DNA from: Takakia lepidozioides
Taxonomy: Eukaryota > Plantae > Bryophyta
Length of the DNA stretch: 64,000 nt
Direction: 5' to 3'
NCBI GenBank assembly: GCA_030704615.1
Contig: CM060731.1
Span: forward strand, 13,640,001-13,704,000
Below the pieces are notes generated by a model. The model searched no databases. It was not told the DNA's origin and saw only the letters and a program-made list of their open reading frames with translations. Below, one piece after another: positions 13,224-25,348 of this stretch (position 1 is its first letter; every line of letters starts with the position of its first letter). A program made the translations under genes and the position numbers.

Positions 13224-14999
13224 TGTCGTGCGCATACATATCGCTACACAACTACATCGCTGTCCAAAACCACACAACACATGTGCACACCACACACTAG
13301 TATACCACTAGTCCATCACTAGTCCAGCCATTAGTCCAACCACTAGGCTACAACTAGTCAGTCACTAGGCTGCCACTATGTTGCCCACTATGGCAGTCAC
13401 TAGTCCACACAATGATAAAGAAGAAGAATACAAGCATAAGCTCATGCGAGCTCACAAAGCTGAAGCATAAACTCATGCATATATAAACTCATCACTCAAA
13501 TACAAGTCAAGCCAAGTGCACCCCACGCCATGGGGAATCCACACTACGGCGCCATAGCTAGGCGCGGTGAGGTTCAACTCGAGAAAGATGAGCCTCCCGC
13601 TCTTGCCGTGAAGATAACCACTCCAGGGCATAAATCTGCCTTGACCCCTGGATTGACACTTGGGCCAATCCCAAATGTCAATATGTAAAAGCTAGCTATT
13701 TCTTAGCTAGTTTCACACTAATGGTAAATAACTTGACAGTTGTCGTGTGCATACATATCGCTACACAACTACATCGTTGTCCAAAACCACACAACACATG
13801 TGCACACCACACACTAGTATATCACTAGTCCATCATTAGTCCAACCACTAGTCCAACCACTAGGCTACAACTAGTCAGTCACTAGGCTGCGTACTATGCT
13901 GCCCACCATGGCAGTCACTAGTCCACACAATCGCCCCCCTAGCTGGTGCTTAGGTCCATCTAAATCCAGGTAGCCACAAGATGTGATAGTGACCATAGCC
14001 TCACTAAGTCCTCCACCACTGTCCCTACTACACTCAAACTCGATAGATCAAGAGGCCGGGTGCAAGAGTTGCCCCATCGTTAGTTGCCGTCTTGCAACCT
14101 GTGAACTTGAGCCTGGGATCTCGTGTATTGACTCCTATGAGCTTGGCCTCCCATGTCTTATTAGCTGCCTCTAGTCATGTCCACTGCCACTATCCCAAGT
14201 AGTGTGGACATAACCAATCTCCATCAGGAACCCTCTCAAGAGGTGGTGTCAAGCATCCCATATGCCAACCTCTTGAGCATCGATCACACACCAGTATGGT
14301 GGCTGCCCCTTTGGCAGACCCACAGAGCATGCACCTCAAACCTGCAGGTACCACTGCCAAGTTTGGGTCAACTCTGTCATCGACATTGGGAAGGTGACAT
14401 GGCCCACAATTACGCACATGGTCTTTCCAAGTCATGCCATCCCGACCTTCCAAGATCAGGACTCCTGAGGGCAACACCTCTCGAATCCTCAGAATAACAC
14501 GCCCTGCAGTGACATCCAGGGTCGTAGGAGCAGTCTGCTGCAAATAAACATAGTCACCAGGGCTAAACCTCCGAACCCCAGGACGATATCCTCCACCACG
14601 TATAGTGGCATACCTCAATGTATCACGGTGTTGTGCAATGGCAAGGTTCTCAAAAGCCATGGGCATGACTTTCTTGAACAACTCTGCACGCTGATCACAT
14701 GCATGTATCCACACGTCCAGATTGTCAAGGTTAAGGACTTGAGCAGTGTCCCTACGAATGGCTGTAGGCAAATTCGGCTCTCGGCCAAAGAGAAGGATAT
14801 ATGGTGAGAAGGAGGCAAGTGATGCTTGTTTGCTGAACCTGTAGCCCATGGCTAACCAAGGCACCTGAAGATCCCAATCTCCTAGGTGTCCCTTCTACAA
14901 GCCATACTTGCGCAAACCCCTCTTCACCGTCCGAACAAGTCTTTCTGCCAAGCCATCGACCTCAGGATGATCCCGAGAAGTGGTGCGGTGGTCTATCAA
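13224..14999 (-). mobile_element. Second, truncated member of the PHD-integrase gypsy family (3' end only)
   Basis: Plus-strand layout: A 13224-13413, B 13413-13738, spacer GT, A 13741-13931, PPT 13932-13941, then the integrase C-terminus. Cut at 14999/15000 by a CACTA end. Confidence 0.9.
14190..14999 (-). CDS. Gypsy integrase C-terminal part with PHD finger (partial)
   Basis: ORF 14190..14864 is very similar to the C-terminus of 25349..27208 and ends CMLCGSAKGAATILVCDRCSRGWHMGCLTPPL...WLCPHY (last PHD Cys mutated to Tyr). Confidence 0.9.
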
Positions 15000-15870
15000 C
15001 ACTAGAAAAAAAAACACAGAATAACCACTCATTTTGAGTGGTAAAAGACACTAAACCACTCTGGCCCCAGAGTGATGAAGAACCAGTGGATTAGGACAAG
15101 TGAGTGGTAAAAGACATTATGTGGCATCAGTGGTTAAAGGACAATGGTTCGAACCACTCACGTCCGGGTCCACCTGTTCGCCGACATGTCACAGTGGTAA
15201 ATTAACCACTGTGACGTGTAAACTCACCAATGTGACGTGTCAATGATGTGTCACTGAGGTAAACCAACCACTTCTGACGTGTCACAGTGGTAAAGTAACC
15301 ACTTCCGTTTTCCAGTGGACACGTAGAAGTCGGTGGTCCGTGGATGATATTGGAGATTATGTTGACACGTGGCGACACTCTCAGCATGGACACGTGTCAT
15401 GTGTCGGTGTTACGAAATGGATGGAGTGAAAAATTCAATGACTTCCGAAACCAATTGTTGAGTGATCGCAAAATGACTCACAGAGTCATTCTATGAAAAT
15501 TGAGAATATACAATATCACTCAAACCATGGTTATGTGAGTGGATGATGTCTCTCAACATGTCATTGGAATTATTACCCACATAGTGGTATCTAAGCTCTT
15601 TGAATCATCCATGGTGTCTCTCTGAGTGGGAACTATGGATTGGAATGATTACTAACAAAATGGTGTGTAAGTGATTAGGAATACCACTGGAGGAATTCAT
15701 ACCACTAATACAGTAATATATAGGTGATTACTTATACCACTACATGAGTGGTAATGGAGGCAATTATGTGTATTTGGCTACTCTTACAGTTTTAAATTAT
15801 ACCACTATTACAGTGGCGTGCAAGTGATTAGGAACATGACTAGAGGAACACATACCACTAGTGTAGTGAA
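15000..15870. mobile_element. CACTA (En/Spm) transposon end with subterminal repeats
   Basis: Starts CACTAGAAAA exactly where integrase homology stops, followed by many ACCACT/AGTGGT motifs in both orientations. Other end not found in the window. Confidence 0.75.
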
Positions 15871-18524
15871 AGAAGTACCATTGGGGATTCAAGCTCCACA
15901 AAATAAAATAAAATCCCAGAGAGTAAGTGCTGGAACACTATCAACAAAATCCAGCCATGATAAAAGTCTGAGCCTAACTTCTACACGGCGTCTCCGCATG
16001 CATGCTAGGAACACTTGACCCAGTAGGCATTCACATTTTTGCCTCGATTGTCCCACCATTGACTGGGGTCAGAAAAGTATTCCACAGCTTCAACTGTTAC
16101 CTATTTCTGGATACTTCCCTGTTGTCATATTGGCAGTACCATGTCAAATTCACTCCAAATTATCAAAGGTTCACTCAACCAGCTAACTTGCAGAATTCAA
16201 CACGAAAATTTAGGTATGACTCTGATAACAGGGGAAAACAGGCTGAAATGTGTTGAAGGTGCCTTCATTAGCAGTGTCTTGTTCAATTGTGCTGCTGCCG
16301 CTTATGTTTCCAGTTGACCATCTACCCACGCAGATTTCTTGTAGCTATTGATCCACAGGGAATCAGAAGTAATCTTATGTCTGAAATCCGGTCCTCTTGG
16401 ATGAATCTGGACCTCTATCCCTAGTCTTTTAGCTATCCCTGCCTGACAGTCCTTCAGCTCACACTGACGGCGTGGAGTTCTTCCAACAAATACCCCAACC
16501 CTAATGATGAGAGGGCAAAACAGACTGCCAAAAGGTTGAAGAAGGGTTTTGTCCTTGACCTTGTGTCATGACGCATGGAGATTTAACCGACCATCAACCC
16601 AAAATTCAACCTCGTGTGTGCTGCTTGTGTCTATAATCAGGTAATGTCGGATTGGTCGACTAGACAAGTGTTCATTCCACCGCTTCTCCTCATTCTGTTA
16701 TCTGTTTTTGGATACTTTCCTGCTGACACATCGGCAAAAACTTATCAAGTCACCCCAAACCACCACAGATCCACCCAACAAGCTAATTTACAGCATTCAA
16801 TATGCATCTTAGGGCCGAGACTGATGAGAGGGCAAAACAGGCTGAAATAGGTGGAAGAAGAAGGTGCCCTCGCCACATTATCCACGGACAAATTCAAATC
16901 CACTGGTAGCATAAAATGAATGGTTGATATACACGCCCATTTGAGGGCTTATTCTCCGGGCATTTCCATGTCTACATCCTCACATCTCCCCTACCAACAA
17001 AGTATTCAGAGAAAAAAAAAAAAAAAAAAACATTGTGATGTCAATGGAATGTCCAAAAAGCTTAGCGGACAAGAACACATGTGATATGTCATAAACACCA
17101 CAGGAAAGCCCAAAGAGATAAAGAGGGAGATCAGTACTTTTTTTTTTTGGATGCGAGTGCTGGTGGTGCTGACTGGAGTTGCAATGTTTCTCTCGGCGGC
17201 AATCAGAGTGGCTTTGTCTTTGGCAGTATCAGAAATGTTGGGAGGCAACAATGGAACAATGGGCCTAAAGTCAACAAATCCTGCTCACATACAGTTAGTC
17301 ACCAATAAGAGCCGCTCTTACAACGTCATCCATTAATCTCTTCTATATTGTCTCTGTTCTTGGTCCTGCAGCTTTTCATTGCAAACTCACAATAGTAAAA
17401 TAGATGCGAAATGATAAGGTTGTGCCTCCTGAACCCTTCAGCCTACTGGAAGTGGGCACTTTTTCATTCAAGGTTACAGTACATACTCTATAAATCACTT
17501 ACCTTTACACCATAAGTTAGTTCTAGTCATACAACAGCTTTCTTCATTTAGTTGATCAATACCTCATCGAGCTACTGCTGGTCAGATGAGACTAGAGGGA
17601 AATGAAATCATTATCCTCATCAGGATGCCACATATTTTGGGTTTCATACACTCTCAAGCTTGCTGGACTCATGCTGGGACATGTACAGTCCAGATCCTGG
17701 GGTAAGGAAATACCATGTCCAGATCTTGGGAAACGGGAAAGAAGTGGGCTACTGTTCAGACAACACTTAAGTGGATCATGCACGTGCTAAGCATTTCAAC
17801 ACCTGCAAGCTGACTCTCCCAAGAACCTTGTAAACATCAGGAAGCATACCAAATCATGGTACTAACAGGAGCCAAGAGCCCAGACCAGGTGATTCTGACA
17901 AAGCGGTTGGGCTTGAAGGCATGCTAGTATGCTCATGTCTCCACTTCTTTGAATGCCATGGCTGTTGTATCTTAACAAAACCAGGGGAGCCTAGAAATTG
18001 TGGCCAAGCATGGCAGAAGTAGGCTTAGGGCACCTTTCCATGTGACCCCCAGAAGCTGACGTCATTTAGTCAAGCCTTGGAAATGCCTTGCATTGTGATC
18101 TTTCAACCCTCTCAACACATTATGGGGTGGGGGGTTGGGAGTTGTAAACCGCCGTGGAATCTTGGGCTGTCCATGGGTCCCAGGCAGTATATCCACCCTG
18201 CCATATCAGGTCAGAATCACAGGATAACCGTCATTATTGAAAATAACAGGGTTTCGTCTTCTCGTTAAAGCAATGACCTACACAGGTCTGTCTGTCTCAT
18301 CGAGATGAAGAGACAAGTCTCCCGCGACCTGGCTAAGCGGTGGCAACCCATCACTACCTGGTATCCACAGGTGACAAAAGCAAGGCTCGTCGCCCTTTAT
18401 CCATGGACCATGTATGACCCAGACACTGCCCTATGTTATCCACATGTCACATGGAAAGAGGCGCTTATCAGGAGTAGCTTTCAGCACTCCATCTTCAATC
18501 AGCGGCACCCCATTCAACAAAGTT

Positions 18525-18600
18525 GTGACGCTCGTGCAAGCCTGGCAGCCCTGGAAAAAAGCAACGAGGTCCACGATGACATCATCAGAGCTGGATTGTC
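18525..18600 (+). pseudogene. Possible degenerate PLS-class PPR gene scrap
   Basis: ARASLAALEKSNEVHDDIIRAGL resembles the PPR L-motif pattern ACASLAALEKGKEVH..II..G. Very short. Confidence 0.35.
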
Positions 18601-19671
18601 TTCTACCATGACAACTTCCACATCCTCCACCATAATAGAATCCACTACAGCAAATGGGGGGGGGGGGTTTGCGACGTCAGCCGCGCCTCCACACCCCGCG
18701 CGGCACTGAGCTTGCGACGCCAACCCCGCGGAGCATGTTTGCGACGCCGGGCCGTCGCAACCAAACCCCGCGGGTCGCCCCCTGGCGCCGGGGCCAGGCG
18801 GCGACGCCTGGCCGTCGCAACCAAACCCCGCGGGTCGCCCCCTGGCGCCGGGGCCAGGCGGCGACGCCTGGCCGTCGCACGGGTTGATGAAGGGCAAAAG
18901 GCAGCCCTTCCGTGCGACGCACAAGCGTCGCCCCCCAGCGAAAGGTAGAAGGCAGCCTTTTCTGGCGACGGCCGGTCGTCGCACGCCGAAAAAAAAAAAC
19001 CCTGTCTTGCCCCTTCTTTCATCGCAGCCCTTTCTTGCAACGCCATGCCGTTGCATGGTGGCATGAAGGGCAAAAGGCCCCTGCGACGGCCGGGCGTCGC
19101 AAACTGCCCAGTTGCCCTATTCTTGCAAAAAAAAAAAAACAGGTCACAGTTTGCGACGGCTGGCCGTCACCGTTTGCGACCCCCGACCTCATAAATCCAT
19201 TCAAAAAAACAAGTCGCAATTGGCAATGGTTGGCCGTCGCCGTTTGCGACCCCCGGCCTCATAAATCCTAAAAAACGCGTCGCAAGTGGCGACGCGTGGG
19301 GGTTGCAGGCAGCGACGACAGGGCTTTCTAGGTTTAGGTTTAGAGCCTTTGGGGGTTCTTAGTTTTTTTTTTTTTTTCATATGGCACTGGGGTAGGGTGT
19401 TTGTTTTTCTTTATGGTTTAGCTTGTTGTTGTGGACCTTCTTGTAGATTGTGACATTCATTTTGATAATTTTCTTGATACCACATCTGTATGTGTTGCTC
19501 CAACATATTCATTGCATCTGCCTTCTTTCTTGAAAGACTACCAGCCACAGCCATATTTGATCAATCATAGAAATAAAGTACAATGTGCATGTACATGTAC
19601 AATCAATCAAAGGGATGGGTCCAGTTCGGTGCGAGAATTGTTATGTAGCTTTGATTTTGTGTCTAATCAAC

Positions 19672-22600
19672 TTAAACATCATCATCTGGAGCTTCTTCAT
19701 CCTCATCAAGCTGCAAGTCTTCTTGGTCATCGGAGTCATCGTCATAAATGGTCCGGCCCTCAAAAAGCACCTCCGAATCATCCTCCACCTCGTTGTCAAT
19801 GGCCGTGTCTTCGTCTCCTTCTCCAACATCCGTATCTTCTAGAGCTTCATCATATAGGGTCCAGGATGCATTGTTCGGGGCGTCATCATCCTCTTCTACC
19901 CCTCTACCCAACCTCCATCATCAGCATCATTATGACCAATCTCTCCGTCCACCGCAATTGCCTCACCCCATGGAGATCCGAGACCATGATAGATACGTCT
20001 TCCTCTTGGCTGAGCATGCACAACCACCTTCCAATTCCCCCCCTCTTGTTTTGTCATCGGAGAAGAAAACTTGTTCCATGTCTGAAGGCCGTGAAAAAGG
20101 CTCATCGGAGGGACGATGAGTAGGGTTGAGCCTATCTGCATTGACGCGCATGAAACCACAATCATCTTGCACTAGTGTTGCGGAGGGCCACACAAGATGT
20201 GGCTGGAACCACCTTCCCTTGAAGAGAAGAGGTCGGTACCTTGTATGCTGAAGTTGGAGTATGTTCTCAAGCTCTCCAATGTACTCAAGTTTGCTCATAG
20301 TAGGTCGTGTATCTCCCTTGCCCCACACGGAGTTTTGCCAATATGTGGCACACAAGCCAGAATCAAAGGTTGTTTTGCGCTTCATGTCAAGAGCACGAAT
20401 GCGGAAATGACGACCATGAACCCAAACCGCCGTGTATGAGGTCGAGAATTGAGAGGGGCCCCTTGCAATGTCTTGCACCAAATCTGAAAGTCCAAAGCCA
20501 CTGTTGGAATGAACTTAGAGGCTGCAATTCCATGGGTAAATTTTGTAAAGGAACATTCCGGCGGCCCGCTCCTCGTCGTGGGCGTCTAGTAACCGGCCTT
20601 GGATGGTTCCGCCTCCATGCAAGCGTCTCCTCCTCTCGTTGCTGAACAAGATTATTGTATCTTGCCTCCCACTCATGTATGGATGGGGTGTTCTTCAGTA
20701 TGAAGTCATGCGCTTGCTCAATCACCAAGGTCGGCAATTTTACCCTCTTCAATTTTTTGGGCAAAACGATGTCTTTGGTTCGTGCATCCTCCTCTACTTT
20801 CCACATCCGAGGGGCTTCCTCATCCACCCTTGCCATGTACTCCGTACAATAGAACATAGCTTCTTGCAACGTATACCCCTCCGCCATGCTACCCTCCGGG
20901 TGCTCCATTTGTCTTACAAATCCTTTCAAAGTCTTCATATAACGCTCAAGGAAGTACATCCACCGAGAATGAATGGGGCCGGCAATCGAAGCCTCTTCCA
21001 TTAAGTGCACTTGGATGTCAAAGAAGGAGGGAGGAAGGTGCATCTCCAACATATACATTACCTCCGCCGCCTCTTTCTTCATGCGTGGAAAATCTGCTTC
21101 TTCCAACTCTTTGGAGCAAATCCACATGAACAAGCCTCCCAATCTATAGATTGTCTCACGAACCTCGGGAGTCAATGTCCCACGTACTGCAATGGGCAAG
21201 ATGTCTTGCAATAGATTGTGGTAGTCATGAGACTTCAAACCATGGACCCCGTCTTCTTCGCTGAACTTCGTACGGAGGGATGACCCATAACTAGTTGGTG
21301 TTCGGACAGCACTTATGGTGGCTATCACTTTCTTGTATTCCTCTTTTGTCCATTGCCAAGGTATGCGCCTATACTTCCACCGTACAACACCATTTAGGTC
21401 CACACCATTTTGTTCGGCCCATCGATGGCGCATGCGACCCTGCTCCTCAAGCTCCTTTCTAACACCGAGAGAATCTCCTTTTGCAGCCATTCTTTTCTTT
21501 GCCGGCGTGCCATGAAGAACCCGAAAAAAGGACGAGCAAACATTCTTCTCAATATGCATGGGATCTAGAAGATGGCGAATCTTCAGGTCCTACATATATC
21601 CCCACCCACAAAGACTTACACAAAAAAATTTACGTGAAAGTGACAATGCAACGCATACCAAATGTGCAATATCACATGCATGCATATGGATATTGACGGT
21701 GTTTTTGTGGAATATGTACCGCCCAATATGGCAACTCGTAGAAGATTGAAAGTCGTTTCATGTCGGGCACGTCCACTTCACCGTCCGTGCCCCCTTCCAT
21801 CGGTCCTCCCAAAACTGCTCGGACGGTGTCATAGGGGGGGGGGGGGGGGGGACGTACTTCCTCTTTGCCATCAAACAAGTGTTTCTCTCTTCTTCTCCAT
21901 CGATGGCTCATATGAAGAAATTTGCGGTAGTTGGGATACATCATCTTGTGAAAACGGCGGGAGCTATGTGCATCAAGATCATCGCCACAATGCAAGCATA
22001 CATGGTACCCTAGTCTTGTACTACACATCCCGCCACATTAACAAAAACAAAAAGTTGTCATGTGCATGGCCCATAATGCCATCTACCCCACTACGGTGCA
22101 CAAGACTGTCGCCGCTACTTCAATCAATCCCAATCCTCATCGATATTATCTGGCATTGACAAGTGAATGTACGCAGGTTGTTCATGGGAAACATAATATA
22201 CCTAGATAATCATGCATTGTCCAAAGCAAGATGTCTCTCATCTGAAAAAATTGTCCGGCCATAGAGTCAAGTGAAGCATCCAATGTCGGGACCCCCCTAT
22301 ATAGCTCCTTAAGTTCATCAACAAGAGGTCGCAAGTACGTGTCCATGTTTGTCACTTGTTTTTTCCCTATGAGACATTCACATCATTGTTTCAATGCTCC
22401 ACCAATATGCAAATTATACTACAAAATAAATTACACGTCTTACTCCATGATTATGTCACTCATCAATATTCCATCCGAATTGCGTCAGAGATCAGAAGTT
22501 TAATGTAAAGTCTAAGGCAATAATAAACATGAAATGAGTACACTCACCTGGCACAATGACAGCCAACATGATATGGTCTTTTTTAATTGAAAGATACGGA

Positions 22601-23734
22601 GGGATGTTGTAATTCACCATGGTCACCGGCCAAGTGGAATGAATACATGACTGGACAGAGAATGGGTTGACCCCATCCGAGGAGAAGCCGAGGTGGACAT
22701 GTCGTGGGTCCTCCAAGAGAAAATGCCACATCTCTTCAATATGCCTCCATGCTTGTGAATCTTGTGGCCCGCACACCTTTCCCGGGGGGCTCCGATGCGA
22801 GGCGTGTCATCTCATGAATCTGGCCAATTCGGGGCTTCGGTATTGTGCCCTCAATCGCGGGATCATCGGAAAGTAATGCATTTTCTAGGATGAAATACCC
22901 CACGCCCCCCACATATAATCATCCCATTAGCACACATAATACAACACCCTTATGTCTTTCCCTTTATGCAGCCTCTATGAATGGTCAAAACCGAACGTCG
23001 CTCCTTCCACTCCTCACTCACTCCTTCCAAAACCACAATCAGATCTTGCATGAGTACTACTCTCTAAACCCTAAACTTTGTGGAATACACTTTACATACA
23101 TTGAGAAGATTAAAGAAATTAATGTCCATGCGAGGGGGGAATGACGCTTTTACCTTGCGTGGTACTTTTTTCCCTTGGACATCATCCCGATATCGGTCTT
23201 TCTTGCACTTTGGGCACTTGGTGAGATGCGAATCCTCTCCGTAGTATAGGGTTTTATCACATGGACATGCATGAAAAATCTTATAGCCAATCCCCACAGA
23301 GTCCAAGACTTCGCGTGCCTCTTTCCGCGACCGTGGCATCTTGGGTTTCAAGTGTGGAGCAAGGATATAGTCTGCAATAGTTCGCATTATGGCAGACATC
23401 ACAACATTACTTATGCCAAATCGAATTTGAAGATTGAGCAAAAGTAAGATTGTTGAAAGTCGACTCACTTTCGCCCATTCGTACAAGGGAGTTCTCGCCT
23501 TCCTCTCCATGTCATTTGAGGGGACCATTTCAAGATCATCGATTGGCCGGGTTCCCTCTTCATGGGATGCATCAGCGCCCACATGATGCATTAAGATATC
23601 CTCCATGGCTTGCACATCCTCCTGGTTAATTCCATGTTCATTGTTGTTGTCACTGTCACTGTCACTGTCATCGTCATCATCGTCCGGTACCGTGGGGGCG
23701 GCGTCTCGCCCACAGCTCCCACAAGATCCAGCAG

Positions 23735-23770
<36 letters not shown>

Positions 23771-23792
23771 ATTTGCCTCCCGAACGATGCAC
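19672..23792 (-). CDS. CACTA TnpD-like transposase (Transposase_21/DUF4218/DUF4216 type), spliced and partly disrupted
   Basis: Motifs HACPCDKTLY, DSQAW, GFSSDGVNPF..STWPV..NYNIPP, MHIEKNV, GLKSHDYH, FFDIQVHL, RWMYFLERYMKTLK. GT-AG introns at about 23153-22867 and 22547-22307 on the minus strand. Confidence 0.9.
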
Positions 23793-24394
23793 TCACCCTT
23801 GCACCATTTTTGAATTAAATCGAATTTAAAATAAATATTTGCATTTAGAAAATATATGATTGCGGTTTTGATGGGCGTAATGATTTTATTTTTAGCTCTA
23901 TTTTATTCTGTGACATCGGGCTTTGCACTACTACATCCATGCAAAAAATGGGACAAAAACAAAATGGAAAAAAATAAGTGTGTTTCTAGGGTCACTTTTG
24001 TAGAACTCTCTATGAAGAGTGCATGAAATTGAAGATAACTCAACTTTGGAGTACAAATGAGAGAACAAAATCTGGTTATGGGTCCAAATGACTTTTGTTT
24101 ACTCCCAAATTTTGCACGCACATTGCATATGCTATCATTAAAGCATATGGCTTGAAAATGGAATAAAAAAAAAAACATCTGCAGACGAAACACAATTTTC
24201 CGTCTCTATAACACGTAGCTGCGTTCAACACTAGAATGACCCATTGAATCAACTTGGTTCAAGCTCATATTTGGTCCACATGTGCATAAGTATGTTTAGA
24301 TCACATATGCAAAGTTGCAACCCACACGAGCAACAAGAATTTTTTTTACATCAATCGATTAATCGGATGTATACAAAGTACATCATGAGAATAT

Positions 24395-24561
24395 CTACAA
24401 TGCCCCTCTACGCGATCCATGTCTCAAAGGAACCATATTTCTATCATACACATCCCACTCACGCTGTAATCGGAGGTCCCAATCATCCCGGGAGAACTCG
24501 TATGATGCAAATAGTTCGCTATCAGCCCTAATAGTCCTACTCGCACATGTCAACACAAACA
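24395..24561 (-). CDS. SET-domain protein, C-terminal part (split by the DNMT-gypsy insertion)
   Basis: MFVLTCASRTIRADSELFASYEF resembles the SET C-terminal A.R.I..GEEL..DY motif. Rejoins in frame with 36853 upward after removing the TSD. Confidence 0.7.
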
Positions 24562-24565
24562 TGTG

Positions 24566-25090
24566 TGTCGTGCGCATACATATCGCTACACAACTACATC
24601 GCTGTCCAAACCACACCACACATATATGCACAATAAAGTAGTCTACCCCAATGATAAGAAGCATAGAAACACTGTTGACACAAAACATGTGAAATCCATC
24701 TCTATCACTCTTTATAATAGAAGTCGAGCCAGGGGCACCCCAAGCTATGGGGACTCCACCCCACAACAACCTACACTCCCATCATGAGTACACTCAGATC
24801 TAAACGCATGCAAGAGCTCGGTCGCGCAGGCTCAACTCGAGAAAGATGAGCTGCGCGACTGCCGCTCTCGTGAAGATAAAACGGACCAGGTGTCAAACTA
24901 AACTTGACACCTGATTTAACACTTGACCTAAATCCAAGTGTTAAATACAAATAGCTAGTTTTATGCTAGCTGTTTTCACACTGTGCTTATTTAACTTGAC
25001 AGCTGTCGTGCGCATACATATCGCTACACAACTACATCGCTGTCCAAACCACACCACACATATATGCACAATAAAGTAGTCTACCCCAAT
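24566..25090 (-). repeat. 3' terminal repeat block A-B-A
   Basis: A 24566-24652, B 24652-25001, spacer GC 25002-25003, A 25004-25090. The two A copies are identical by eye. Confidence 0.95.
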
Positions 25091-25100
25091 CGCCCCCCTA
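25091..25100 (-). promoter_or_regulatory. Polypurine tract (TAGGGGGGCG)
   Basis: Directly precedes AT+TG of the inner A repeat on the sense strand. Identical in copy 2 (13932-13941). Confidence 0.75.
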
Positions 25101-25348
25101 GCTGGTGGATAGGTCCCTCTACCTCTAGATAGCTACAAGATGTAATAGCCACAGCCGTACTAAGTCCTCTATCACTGTCCCTATTGTACTCAAACTCTAT
25201 AGACCAAGAGGCCGGGTACAAGAGTAGCCCCATCGTTAGTCGCCATCTTGCAATCTGTGAACTTGAGCCAGGACCTCGTGTGTTCAAGGTCTCCTAGTAG
25301 CTGGGCCTTGCGTTTCTTGTTAGCCTTCCATGGTTGTATCCACTCCCA

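Noticed and set aside
17860-17935. Minus-strand FKPN..TWSGLL resembling a PPR E-motif
   Set aside because: Too short and requires frameshifts.
18514-19271. Overlapping Arg/Ala/Pro-rich ORFs
   Set aside because: They are read-through of GC-rich CACTA subterminal repeats.
25081-25287. 68-aa ORF after pol that aligns with copy 2 with a 3-nt indel
   Set aside because: Copy 2 has a stop and many amino-acid changes, so the conservation looks non-coding.
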